Assembly: GCA_965218585.1 (NCBI GenBank)
Contig: CBDCLE010000025.1
Span: 32,001 to 96,000 of the forward strand
Origin: Terriglobia bacterium
GTDB lineage: Bacteria; Acidobacteriota; Terriglobia; 20CM-2-55-15
DNA: 64,000 nt
Reading direction: 5' to 3'
Part shown: positions 10,305-20,093 of the stretch, in pieces
Position numbering within the stretch: the first letter of the stretch is position 1
How the letters are laid out: every line of letters starts with the position of its first letter
Made by a program: the position numbers and the translations under genes
The notes under the pieces: generated by a model
The model's database searches: none
Told to the model about the DNA's origin: nothing
What the model saw: only the letters and a program-made list of their open reading frames with translations

Positions 10305-11383
10305 ATGGAATTTATAAAAGACATCATCAACTTGTTGGCGGCCCCGCAGATTCTCATTACGTTGGCCGCGATTCTGCTCTTCGTGTCGGCAAGATATAGG
10401 GAAATCTTCTACAGCACAAAAGCTGCGTTGATCCTCTTTCCGGCCATGACGGTGTTTCTTGCGGTGAGCATGTTGGATGAAGATTTCTTCTTGATCGTGA
10501 GCAAACCCGACAATATCCCCATCGTCGGCATGTTGTTCCTGATCCCGTTTTTCACCTGGTTTGCGATGAACCAGGCGGTACGGAACGACAGGCGAATCGA
10601 TGCAGGAAAGCCGGTGGTGGAAAAGGAAGAAACGGCAGGGAAAGTACTCACCTGGCCCGACCTCGTTTACACAGAACTGATCTGCATGGTTGTATTGACG
10701 TTCGTGTTGATTGGATGGTCGATCCTGATCGCTGCACCGATCGAAGAGCCTGCAAACCCATCGAACACTCCAAATCCCTCCAAGGCGCCCTGGTATTTTC
10801 TCGGACTCCAGGAAATGCTCGTGTATTTCGATCCATGGTTGGCCGGGGTCGTATTCCCAGCCTGATCATTGTGGGTTTGATGGCTATCCCTTATTTCGAC
10901 ACGAATCCCAAGGGAAACGGATATTACACGTTCAAGGAGCGAAGCTGGGAGATCATGATCTTTCTCTTCGGTTTTCTAATCCTCTGGGTGCTCCTGGTGA
11001 TACTCGGTACTTTCCTGAGGGGACCGAACTGGAATTTCTTTGGGCCTTACGAGTATTGGGACATTCACAAACTGGAAGCGCTGGTCAACGTCAATCTATC
11101 CGAGTACATCTGGGTCAGCCTGCTGGGCGTGGGGTTGCCCTCGAACATTCTGGTAAGAGAAATGTTCGGTTTTATAGCGGTTCTGGCTTACCTTCTGGCC
11201 GTCCCGGCGCTCCTGGCCAAAACCTGGTTCAAGGGCTTTTACAAGACGCTGGGCCCGACCCGGTATCACGTCATGGTGTTTCTGTTGCTCGCAATGGCGT
11301 CCCTGCCCATCAAGATGGGGCTGCGATGGCTGTTGAACATGAAATACATCATTGGCATACCGGAATACTTCTTCAACATTTAG
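10305..11383 (+). CDS. cytochrome b C-terminal / subunit IV-like protein, one frameshift near 10856
   Basis: EEPANPSNTPNPSKAPWYFLGLQE. Adding one C to TTCCCAGC gives GVVFPSLIIVG and joins ORFs 10305-10865 and 10715-11383. Confidence 0.85.
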
Positions 11384-11422
11384 GCGCAGTTTTAGACATT
11401 TCAGATCGAACTGGAGAGAGCA

Positions 11423-14329
11423 TTGAGTAGCGAAACACCCAACGGCGGAGCAAACAAGCCCGCAATTCCACCCCCTGCAAAAAAGGATCCCGCACTCAAC
11501 ATCGGACTTCGAGGGGATCGGCTGTACGAGATCAACAACCTCCACAAGTGGTTTGCGATCTCCAGCCTGCTTCTCTTCGGTTTCACTGTCTGGATGATCA
11601 TGTTTGATTACAGCCGGGAGTGGAAGCAATACCAGAGATCTTTCAACCGGTTGAGTATCCAGCAGACCCAGCAGGCTATGGACAACGCTGCTAACGCGAT
11701 CGACCGCCCCCAGTTTGACCAGCTTTCGGGCCAGCTCGCCCAGGCTCAGGCCAATCTGGCGCAGAACGAGAGTGAAGTTGAACGGATCCAGGGCGAGATA
11801 GACGACTTGAATGCCGAGTTCTACGCCGCCGACCAGAACTTCCGGTTTACCCGGGCCACATACGATGTTGAAAGGTATGAATTCGAAGAAGCAGTCGCGA
11901 ACGATCCCGACAACTCCGAACCCTTGCGCCTGAGAGCTGAAGGAACCCTCGCCGAGATTAACGAATTTGAACGGCGGGTAGAAGAACTGACTCTGGCGAC
12001 ACGCGACGCAGAAGACGAATTGAATACCTATATCGGTCAACGAGATCAGATTCAGGAGGGCATCGACGAATTGCTGGGGGACTTCAACCAGCTGCAAGCG
12101 ACGATGGACACAATCAATCCGGGACTCATCGTGACGTCGTTCCGTAACGCGCCGGTCCTGGATTTCTTAAATCCGTCGGAACAGGTAAACCAGCTGCTGC
12201 TGCCGAACCTCCACAACGACCATCCCTTCATGCAGATACCCCGTGTAGACCGGTGCACCACCTGTCATCTGGGAATCGATCAGGCCGCGTTCGAAGAGGC
12301 GCCGCAGCCATTCACGACACACCCCGAGCTGGACAGGTTTCTCGGCAGCAACTCGCCCCACCCGATCGACGGTTTCGGCTGCACCACCTGCCACGCCGGG
12401 CTCGACCGGGCAATCGAGTTTACGCGCGCGGGTCACACGCCGGTCGATGCAGCGGAACGTGAGGAATGGGAAGAGACCTACGGCTGGGAGGAACAGGAAT
12501 TTCTGGAAAGCCCGATGCTGCCCTTAAATCGCACTGAGGCCAGTTGCTTGAAGTGCCACACCGGTGCAGGTGACGTGCCCGAGGCCGCGAGCCTGAACCT
12601 TGGGCGAGATCTCGTTCGGACCTACGGCTGCTTCGGCTGTCATCGAATTCCAGGTTATGAGGACGTACGCCGCGTCGGCCCGGACCTGACGACCATCGAC
12701 AGCAAGCTCGAATCCGACTGGGTCAAAAGATGGCTTCGCGAACCCCGTGCTTTTAAAGCCGAAGCACGCATGCCTCAGTTCTGGTTCAACTCCAACAACA
12801 GCGGACCGGAATTCGAAGCGCGAAACAACGCCGAGATCAATGCGATTACCGACTTCCTCTTCTCGAAGTCGCAGCCCAGCCCCGTGGGCGCGGCAGAGAC
12901 CAACGGAAACGCGGAAAGAGGGCAGGAACTGATCGAAACGGTAGGGTGCATGGGCTGCCATGCCATCGGCCCGATGGAAGAGGACGAGACCCGGACCCAG
13001 CACCGTCGCCGCTTTGGATACAACCTGGAAGCTCAGGGCAGCAAGGTCTCCATCGAGTGGCTGTATAACTGGGTCCGGGATCCACAGAGTGTCTGGGATG
13101 ACACAAACATGCCGAACCTGCGCCTGACCGACGACGAAGCAGCCGATGTCGCTGCCTACCTCGCTTCGTTGACCAACCCCGAATTCGAAACGACTCCGGT
13201 TCCTGAAACCGACGAAGCCGCACTCGATGAAATCACTCTGGAGTTTCTCCGTGCGGGCCTGACAGGCATCGAAGCCCAAGAGTCCCTCCAGGGGATGTCG
13301 CTCGAAGAAAAGACGTTGTATTCCGGCGAACGCCTGATCGCTCGATATGGTTGCTTCGGGTGCCATACAATCGAGGGCTTCGAAGATACGCAGCCTATCG
13401 GAACCGAACTCACCGAAGCCGGTAGCAAGTTGCTCCCGCGACTGGACTTCGGTTTCCTCGACATCGAACACAATCGGAGTTCCTGGTACGAACAGAAACT
13501 CCGGGATCCTCGCATTTTCGATGTGGGACGCGTGAAACGGCCGGAAGAACTCGCCCGGATGCCTGACTACAAATTTACGGACGAACAGATCGATTCCATC
13601 GTTCTCGTCCTGACCGGAATGGTCAAGGACGAGGTAATACCGGAAATGCGGAACGATCTTACCGAAGCGATCGAGGCAGGACGGGCTCTGGTCGCACAAC
13701 GGAACTGTCGAGGGTGCCACGAAATAGAAAGTGGTGGTGGTGACATCCGTTCGACGATAGAAGACGCCGCATTCTGGCCACCCTTGCTGAACACACAGGG
13801 CGCCAAAACCCAACCAGTTTGGCTCCATCCGTTCCTGGAAGATCCAGGTGAACAGACCCTGCGGCCATGGCTGACGACACGCATGCCGACGTTCTATTTC
13901 GACGAGGTGGAAGCCACGACGATCGCACGCTACTTCTCTGCTCTCGACCAGGTCGATTTCCCGTTCATCAACACTGCGATCGCCACGACGAACGAGCGTC
14001 TCCAGGTCGGCGAAGAGTTGTACGAACTTCTGCAGTGCGCCCGGTGTCATCCGGCAGATGGACCGCTGCCTCCGGGGGTTGAGGCTGCCGACCTGGCACC
14101 CGAGCTCCAGATCTCCCACGAAAGGCTACGGCCCGAGTGGGTCCTGGATTGGTTGATAGATCCGCAGCAAATTGCCCCGGGGACGCGGATGCCAACATTT
14201 TTCCCCGATGGTCAATCACCTTTGCCAGACGTTCTGGATGGAGACGCCGAAGCGCAAATCCAGGCGGTCCGGGACTACCTGTTTCTCACAGTCGGTGAGG
14301 GAGAACGGGCGGAATCAACCGACGACTGA
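11423..14329 (+). CDS. membrane-anchored octaheme cytochrome c
   Basis: Eight CxxCH motifs (CTTCH x2, CLKCH, CFGCH x2, CMGCH, CRGCH, CARCH) after a TM helix and a coiled coil. Several W..(D/E)P..MP class-I cytochrome c motifs. Confidence 0.92.
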   Translation: MSSETPNGGANKPAIPPPAKKDPALNIGLRGDRLYEINNLHKWFAISSLLLFGFTVWMIMFDYSREWKQYQRSFNRLSIQQTQQAMDNAANAIDRPQFDQLSGQLAQAQANLAQNESEVERIQGEIDDLNAEFYAADQNFRFTRATYDVERYEFEEAVANDPDNSEPLRLRAEGTLAEINEFERRVEELTLATRDAEDELNTYIGQRDQIQEGIDELLGDFNQLQATMDTINPGLIVTSFRNAPVLDFLNPSEQVNQLLLPNLHNDHPFMQIPRVDRCTTCHLGIDQAAFEEAPQPFTTHPELDRFLGSNSPHPIDGFGCTTCHAGLDRAIEFTRAGHTPVDAAEREEWEETYGWEEQEFLESPMLPLNRTEASCLKCHTGAGDVPEAASLNLGRDLVRTYGCFGCHRIPGYEDVRRVGPDLTTIDSKLESDWVKRWLREPRAFKAEARMPQFWFNSNNSGPEFEARNNAEINAITDFLFSKSQPSPVGAAETNGNAERGQELIETVGCMGCHAIGPMEEDETRTQHRRRFGYNLEAQGSKVSIEWLYNWVRDPQSVWDDTNMPNLRLTDDEAADVAAYLASLTNPEFETTPVPETDEAALDEITLEFLRAGLTGIEAQESLQGMSLEEKTLYSGERLIARYGCFGCHTIEGFEDTQPIGTELTEAGSKLLPRLDFGFLDIEHNRSSWYEQKLRDPRIFDVGRVKRPEELARMPDYKFTDEQIDSIVLVLTGMVKDEVIPEMRNDLTEAIEAGRALVAQRNCRGCHEIESGGGDIRSTIEDAAFWPPLLNTQGAKTQPVWLHPFLEDPGEQTLRPWLTTRMPTFYFDEVEATTIARYFSALDQVDFPFINTAIATTNERLQVGEELYELLQCARCHPADGPLPPGVEAADLAPELQISHERLRPEWVLDWLIDPQQIAPGTRMPTFFPDGQSPLPDVLDGDAEAQIQAVRDYLFLTVGEGERAESTDD

Positions 14330-14441
14330 GGGCAAACAAAGTAATCAGGCAGAGCGAAGCCCGTTCGTTTGTAAAACCGTAAAATTAGAGCTAATCTGCA
14401 GATAACGGATTTATTCAACTCGTCTTTAGGAGACTCATTCA

Positions 14442-15230
14442 ATGTATGACAAGAAAGCGTTATTGCTGGTCCTTTCGATGATGGTCCTCGTAGCCGCCGG
14501 ATGCGGCGGCGGCGGTGACGACACAGGCCTGCCTCCGGCCACGGTCGGTGGTGGCGGAGGAGGACCTGCCTACGATGCGTCTACGGCCACCGCCGCCGTT
14601 TCAGGCAGCATCGCGTTCGAAGGCGAAGTACCCGAGATGTCCCTGATTCAGATGGCGGCAGACCCCTTCTGCCAGGAGAACTTTTCCGGGGCAAGAAGCA
14701 AGGAAGTCGTCGTCACTGAGGACAGCCAGCTCGCACACGTGATTCTGTACGTTCGCTCCGGGCATGAAGGCGTATCCTACAGCGTTCCAACCCTGGCGGC
14801 CGTCATCGATCAAAACGGGTGCAGCTACGAGCCGCATGCGTTCACCATGATGTCGGGACAGACGCTGACGATCCGGAACAGTGACGCCACGCTTCACAAC
14901 ATCCACGCGTGGGCCGAAGTCAACACGGCCTTCAACATCGGACAACCCGTTCAGAACATGGAGACAATGCAGGTCTTCGCCCAGCCCGAGATGCCGCTGC
15001 CGATGCGCTGCGACGTCCACCGCTGGATGGAAGCCTTCATCGGCGTGTTCGACCACCCCTTCCACACGACTTCAGGAGAAACGGGTAGCTACAGTCTGGA
15101 CCTGCCTCCCGGAACTTACGAAGTCGTTGCGTGGCATGAACGCTACGGCGAACAGGTCTCGACGGTCACAGTAGCTGACGGAGAAACTGCGGAGCTGGAT
15201 TTTACGTTCTCGGCCGACGCGGCTGACTGA
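14442..15230 (+). CDS. lipoprotein with cupredoxin-like core and carboxypeptidase-regulatory-like beta domain
   Basis: Lipobox VAAGC, HNIH and CDVHRWM motifs, C-terminal LPPGTYEVVAWHE. Confidence 0.75.
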   Translation: MYDKKALLLVLSMMVLVAAGCGGGGDDTGLPPATVGGGGGGPAYDASTATAAVSGSIAFEGEVPEMSLIQMAADPFCQENFSGARSKEVVVTEDSQLAHVILYVRSGHEGVSYSVPTLAAVIDQNGCSYEPHAFTMMSGQTLTIRNSDATLHNIHAWAEVNTAFNIGQPVQNMETMQVFAQPEMPLPMRCDVHRWMEAFIGVFDHPFHTTSGETGSYSLDLPPGTYEVVAWHERYGEQVSTVTVADGETAELDFTFSADAAD

Positions 15231-16196
15231 ATGGCTGTAGGAGTGGCGGGACCGGAACAGGAGAACATAGGGCTCCACCGGTTCTCGGTATTCACGGCTC
15301 TGTGCACAACCTTCCTGATTTTCGCAGGAGGAATGGTAACGAGCACAGAATCCGGTCTCGCTGTTCCTGACTGGCCTCTCTCCTACGGCATGTTCTTCCC
15401 GCCAATGGTCGGCGGGATTTTTTATGAACACGGCCATCGCATGGTGGCCACATTCGTCGGCTTCCTCACAGTCATCCTGGCAATATGGACCTGGAGGAAA
15501 GAACCCCGGCGCTGGATCCGTTGGTGGTCCTTAGTCGCGCTTGGTGCAGTCATCACCCAGGGTGTGCTCGGTGGAATCACGGTCCTTTTTCTTTTACCAA
15601 CGTCCGTCTCGGTCAGCCATGCCATGCTCGCACAAACATTCTTCTGCATGATCGTTGCAATGGCATTGTTCACATCGCCAGGCTGGAAGCGGGGCTTGCC
15701 TGATGCGGGTCCGCCGAACGGAAGCCCAAGCCTTCCATGGTTGTGCGGACTCACAACCGGAGCCGTCTATCTTCAACTACTCCTCGGAGCGTTGATGCGC
15801 CACACGCAGTCGGGACTGGCCATCCCCGACTTCCCGCTCGCTTTTGGCAGGATCATACCGCCTTTCGACTCGGCTTCGATCCTGATCCATTGCACTCACC
15901 GAATGGGCGCACTGATGGTCACGGTGATGATCACGTGGACACTGATTCGAATTCTTTCCGGCTACAGGAGCCACAGCCGCCTGGTGAAACCCGTTCTGAT
16001 CATGGCCCTGCTCCTGTGTGTTCAGCTAACCCTGGGCGCTTTTACTGTCTGGACAGAAAAGGGCGCAGTCGTCACAACTTTCCACGTCGTAACAGGAGCC
16101 ACGATCCTCGGCGTTTCCTTCCTGCTCACTCTGCAAGCCTTCGCGATGGTTCCCTCCCGAGTTCAAACAAGGGGAACAGCCCCTCAGCCCGCATGA
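15231..16196 (+). CDS. ctaA: heme A synthase (COX15/CtaA)
   Basis: GLAVPDWP, YEHGHR, SHAMLA, HCTHR and FHVVTG motifs in a polytopic membrane protein. Confidence 0.88.
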   Translation: MAVGVAGPEQENIGLHRFSVFTALCTTFLIFAGGMVTSTESGLAVPDWPLSYGMFFPPMVGGIFYEHGHRMVATFVGFLTVILAIWTWRKEPRRWIRWWSLVALGAVITQGVLGGITVLFLLPTSVSVSHAMLAQTFFCMIVAMALFTSPGWKRGLPDAGPPNGSPSLPWLCGLTTGAVYLQLLLGALMRHTQSGLAIPDFPLAFGRIIPPFDSASILIHCTHRMGALMVTVMITWTLIRILSGYRSHSRLVKPVLIMALLLCVQLTLGAFTVWTEKGAVVTTFHVVTGATILGVSFLLTLQAFAMVPSRVQTRGTAPQPA

Positions 16197-17089
16197 CAAT
16201 GAGAACAATGGGAGCGGACGCCACGATCCGGCACAGCCGCCTCGGGGAGTACCTCGAGCTGACCAAGCCGCGCATCACCTTACTCGTCTTGATCACAACG
16301 GCTGTCGGCTTCTATATGAATTCGACCAGTGGGATCGACGGGCTTCTACTCCTTCATGCCATCGTCGGGGTCGGCCTCGTCGCCGGCGGAGCCAGCGCCC
16401 TGAACCAGTATCAGGAACGACACCAGGACGCCCGTATGCATCGCACCCGAGAACGACCACTGCCAGAGGGTCGCATTACTGAATCCGATGCACTGGTCTT
16501 TTCCTGGTCCATTTCCGTGGCAGGTATCGTGTATCTCCTCCTGTTCACCAATCTCATCACGGGAGTACTCGCGGCTATCACTTTGACGCTATACGTCTTT
16601 CTGTACACACCATTGAAGAGTCGAACGGCACTGGCCATACTCGTGGGTGCGGTACCCGGCGCCGCTCCACCGATTCTTGGTTGGACCTCTGCCGGAGGGG
16701 CAGTGGACGGAATGGCCATCGTTTTGTTTTCGATTGTGTTCCTTTGGCAGATGCCGCACTTTCTTGCGATCGCGTGGTTGTACGACGAAGACTATCCTCG
16801 CGGAGGCTTCCAGAGACTTACAATTCGGAACACGGGAGCGGAGAGCGCGTCCCGCCAGATTATTTTTTACTGCTGTGCTCTGATTCCCATCAGCATCCTG
16901 CCGACCAGTTTCGGCGTGACGGGTAACATCTACATGTTTGGAGCGCTGCTGGCAGGCGTGGTCTATCTTGGTTATGGCCTGGCCGTAGCGCTGTTCCGCT
17001 CTGACGTGGCCGCCCGTCGACTTCTGAAGGCCTCGGTTTTATATCTTCCGGCCGTGTTTCTGCTGATGGTCATCGACAAGGCGATCTAA
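16193..17089 (+). CDS. ctaB: protoheme IX farnesyltransferase (heme O synthase)
   Basis: ELTKPRI, DARMHRTRERPLP, YTPLK and WQMPHFLAIAW. Start at ATG 16193, overlapping the ctaA stop. Confidence 0.95.
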   Translation: MTMRTMGADATIRHSRLGEYLELTKPRITLLVLITTAVGFYMNSTSGIDGLLLLHAIVGVGLVAGGASALNQYQERHQDARMHRTRERPLPEGRITESDALVFSWSISVAGIVYLLLFTNLITGVLAAITLTLYVFLYTPLKSRTALAILVGAVPGAAPPILGWTSAGGAVDGMAIVLFSIVFLWQMPHFLAIAWLYDEDYPRGGFQRLTIRNTGAESASRQIIFYCCALIPISILPTSFGVTGNIYMFGALLAGVVYLGYGLAVALFRSDVAARRLLKASVLYLPAVFLLMVIDKAI

Positions 17090-17164
17090 AACGGCGCGAA
17101 CCAACGTGATTGAACATTCAATAGATGCAGGACCTCGACTTGTCCATGGCGGACGAACTGAGGC

Positions 17165-17212
17165 GCTCAGTCTTCAGCTGTCAGCTCGAAGCAGTCGGCT
17201 GACGATTGAAAG
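17165..17212. repeat. short imperfect palindrome of 7-nt periodic TCAG../..CTGA units
   Basis: TCAGTCT-TCAGCTG-TCAGCTC then GCTGACG-ATTGAAA, in an intergenic gap. Confidence 0.45.
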
Positions 17213-17221
17213 CCGTGTGTC

Positions 17222-18145
17222 ATGACAGCTGTTGAAGTAGAAAATCTGACGCACTACTACGGGGATCGGAAGGCTCTATCCGACGTCAGTTTCCAGGTAG
17301 AAGATGCAGAGATTTTCAGCCTCCTGGGTCCAAACGGTGGCGGTAAGACAACACTGTTCCGAATTCTCTCAACGTTATTTCCTGCGACCGAGGGCACAGC
17401 GAGAATCTTCGATCTTGACGTACGAAAAGATGCATCCGAAGTGCGGCGACAGGTCGGAGTCGTTTTTCAGAATCCCAGTCTCGACATCAAGCTGACTGTC
17501 CGGGAAAATCTTGTTCATCAGGGCCATCTCTACGGCCTCCACGGTACGGCCCTTCGGTCACGAGTCGATGACATGATGGATCAGCTCAGGATTGGTGACC
17601 GAGCTTCCAGTCTTGTTGAGACCTTGTCAGGCGGCCTTCGGAGAAGGGTTGAGCTGGCCAAGGGCATGCTCCATCGGCCTAAACTTCTCATCCTCGATGA
17701 ACCTTCTGTGGGCCTTGATCCGGGAGCACGCCACGATCTGTGGCAGTACCTGGACAGCCTGAAAACTTCCGACGGTGTCACAATCCTTGTGACAACGCAC
17801 CTGATCGATGAGGGGGACCGCGCCGATCATGTATTGATCCTGAACGAAGGACTCGTTGTCGGAACAGGAACGCCAATATCTCTAAAACAGAAGATTGGTG
17901 GGGACATCATCGCTCTTGCAAGTAGAGAACCGGGCTTGCTTTCGGAGAAGATTGCAGGCAAGTTTGCCTTGAAAACTACTGTTTTGAACGGATCCGTTCG
18001 GATCGAGAAAACGGATGGACACGAATTCATTGCCGAGTTGATAGAAGCGTTTCCGGGAGTGATCGATTCGGTGACCCTGGCAAAACCAACGCTGGAGGAC
18101 GTCTTCATCGACAGGACCGGGCATCGTCTCTGGGAGGAATCATGA
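17222..18145 (+). CDS. ABC transporter ATP-binding protein (DrrA/NodI-like)
   Basis: GPNGGGKT, LSGG, LILDEP and TTH motifs. Confidence 0.92.
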   Translation: MTAVEVENLTHYYGDRKALSDVSFQVEDAEIFSLLGPNGGGKTTLFRILSTLFPATEGTARIFDLDVRKDASEVRRQVGVVFQNPSLDIKLTVRENLVHQGHLYGLHGTALRSRVDDMMDQLRIGDRASSLVETLSGGLRRRVELAKGMLHRPKLLILDEPSVGLDPGARHDLWQYLDSLKTSDGVTILVTTHLIDEGDRADHVLILNEGLVVGTGTPISLKQKIGGDIIALASREPGLLSEKIAGKFALKTTVLNGSVRIEKTDGHEFIAELIEAFPGVIDSVTLAKPTLEDVFIDRTGHRLWEES

Positions 18146-18912
18146 ATCTCCTGCTGGGTGCGATGACCTTATGGCAACGCGAGTTAGTGCGCTTCTTCCG
18201 CCAACGAAGCAGGATTGTGGGTGCCCTGGGATCCCCTTTGGTCTTCTGGCTCTTACTAGGTTCTGGCGTCGGTCGCTCCTTCAGCCTGCCCTCACCGGAG
18301 GGCACAATGAACTACATGGAATACTTTTTCCCGGGGACCGTCGTTCTGATCCTTTTGTTCACTGCGATTTTCGCGACGATTTCGATAATCGAGGATCGAA
18401 GAGAAGGTTTCCTTCAATCGGTCCTCGTCGCGCCGATTCCCCGCACAACTATCGTCCTTGGGAAGGTGGCAGGGTCGACTACGCTGGCTCTGATTCAGGG
18501 AACGTTGTTCCTGATTCTTGCGCCGCTGGTGATCGGGGTCTCGCCGGCTGCTGTATTGATAACGCTTGTCATCCTTGGGCTGGTGGCCTTCGGATTGACT
18601 GCGCTCGGATACGTCATCGCCTGGAGTCTAGACTCGACTCAGGGATTTCACGCGATAATGAATCTGTTTCTGATTCCTTTGTGGCTGCTGTCGGGTGCGG
18701 TTTTTCCCGCGAGCGGCGCTCCCGGCTGGCTACAATGGGTCATTGGTGTGAACCCCCTCACCTATGGAGTCGCTGCTGTTCGCTGGAGCCTATACGGCGG
18801 CCCCACGTATGCAGCTCTCGGGGGGCCGACGCCGGGTACGTCACTGACAGTTATCATCGCCTTCGGAGCTGCGATGTTCGTAGCAGCCCTTGCGGTAACG
18901 CATCGGCGCTGA
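18142..18912 (+). CDS. ABC-2 type permease
   Basis: About six TM helices with YFFPG, DRREGFL, LSGAVFP and NPLTY motifs. Confidence 0.9.
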   Translation: MNLLLGAMTLWQRELVRFFRQRSRIVGALGSPLVFWLLLGSGVGRSFSLPSPEGTMNYMEYFFPGTVVLILLFTAIFATISIIEDRREGFLQSVLVAPIPRTTIVLGKVAGSTTLALIQGTLFLILAPLVIGVSPAAVLITLVILGLVAFGLTALGYVIAWSLDSTQGFHAIMNLFLIPLWLLSGAVFPASGAPGWLQWVIGVNPLTYGVAAVRWSLYGGPTYAALGGPTPGTSLTVIIAFGAAMFVAALAVTHRR

Positions 18913-18960
18913 CAGTGGCCACACATATTGGTGATCTCCATTTTTGAGGAGGAGTCTTAG

Positions 18961-19563
18961 ATGTTCCGTTTACCTCACTGGTCGTCGATATTCGCTATGG
19001 CGATCGTAGTCTCAGGGATCGGCATGATAGTCGTTCTCGACTCGATGGACAGCGATGAACCGCTAAACGATTTCGGCAGCATCCCTGACTTCGAACTGAT
19101 TGAACGGAGCGGGGAAACAGTCACTTTGAGCGACTTGACAGGTGAGATCTGGATCGCAAATCTGATCTTCACACACTGTGCAGGCACTTGCCCCATGATG
19201 ACCGTCCAGATGCGCGCACTCGGGAATCTCTTGCCAGAGAACGTAAGGTTGGTTTCGATTACCGTGGATCCCAACAGGGATACCCCTGAAGTCCTTAGCG
19301 AATACGCTGCGCTTCACGGCGCAGGGGCAGATTGGTTCTTCCTGACCGGAGAAAGGGACGAGATCTATCGCTTGGCCCAGGAAGGATTTCATCTGGCAGT
19401 GGACGACACAGTCGGAACCGAGATCGAACCCATCACCCACAGCACACGCTTCGTACTCGTGGACCAGCAGGGACAGATTCGGAACTACTACGACGGAACC
19501 ACAAAGGAGTCGCACGATCTCATCCAGCAGGACGTCGGAACTCTTCTCGACAGGGCCGGCTAG
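18961..19563 (+). CDS. SCO/SenC copper chaperone
   Basis: FTHCAGTCP (CxxxC), VDPNRDTPE and HSTRFVLVD. Confidence 0.92.
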   Translation: MFRLPHWSSIFAMAIVVSGIGMIVVLDSMDSDEPLNDFGSIPDFELIERSGETVTLSDLTGEIWIANLIFTHCAGTCPMMTVQMRALGNLLPENVRLVSITVDPNRDTPEVLSEYAALHGAGADWFFLTGERDEIYRLAQEGFHLAVDDTVGTEIEPITHSTRFVLVDQQGQIRNYYDGTTKESHDLIQQDVGTLLDRAG

Positions 19564-19565
19564 GA

Positions 19566-19979
19566 GTGGACTTCACAGACCTTCCTGCGCTCAATGCGTT
19601 GTTGAACTTCACGAGCGGAATCCTGGTATCGGCCGGCGTCTACTTCGTATACAAGAAGATGACGGCTGCTCACAAAGCCTGCATGGTCGCTGCCGTTGCC
19701 GTCTCTTCGCTATTCCTGACTTCGTATCTCGTCTACCACTACCAGGTTGGTTCTGTGAGTTTCGAGCGGGAGGGATTCATTCGAGCGGTGTACTTCTCGA
19801 TCCTGTTAACTCATACGGTTCTGGCTGTAGCTGTGGTTCCGCTGGTGCTTCGGGCTGTCTATCTGGCTCTCCGGGGGCAGCTTGAAAAGCATCGCCGAAT
19901 TGTTCGCTGGACATACCCTGTCTGGATATACGTCTCCGTCACTGGCGTCGTCGTCTACCTGATGCTCTATCAGCTGTGA
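19566..19979 (+). CDS. DUF420 membrane protein (oxidase-assembly associated)
   Basis: LPALNALLN, HKACM, FLTSYLVYH and W.YVSVTGVVVY. Start placed at GTG 19566. Confidence 0.88.
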   Translation: MDFTDLPALNALLNFTSGILVSAGVYFVYKKMTAAHKACMVAAVAVSSLFLTSYLVYHYQVGSVSFEREGFIRAVYFSILLTHTVLAVAVVPLVLRAVYLALRGQLEKHRRIVRWTYPVWIYVSVTGVVVYLMLYQL

Positions 19980-19990
19980 AAATCGGGGTT

Positions 19991-20077
19991 TAACCGAGAG
20001 ACACAGAGGACGCGGAGGACACCGAACACAATGGATATTGAACTCTGCGACCTCTGCGCCTTCGCGCCTCTGCGTTT
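19991..20077. repeat. REP-like imperfect palindrome (CAGAG../CTCTGCG units) between convergent genes
   Basis: CAGAGGACGCGGAG matches the reverse complement of CTCTGCGACCTCTG at 12/14 positions. CTCTGCG occurs three times in the right arm. Confidence 0.6.
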
Positions 20078-20093
20078 GGATTTTTTCGCCTAA

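Noticed and set aside
12524-14119. 531-aa antisense ORF, and similar long ones at 4649-5728, 11096-12097 and 30496-31422
   Set aside because: They lie opposite well-supported genes and show no motifs. Long shadow ORFs are expected in GC-rich coding DNA.
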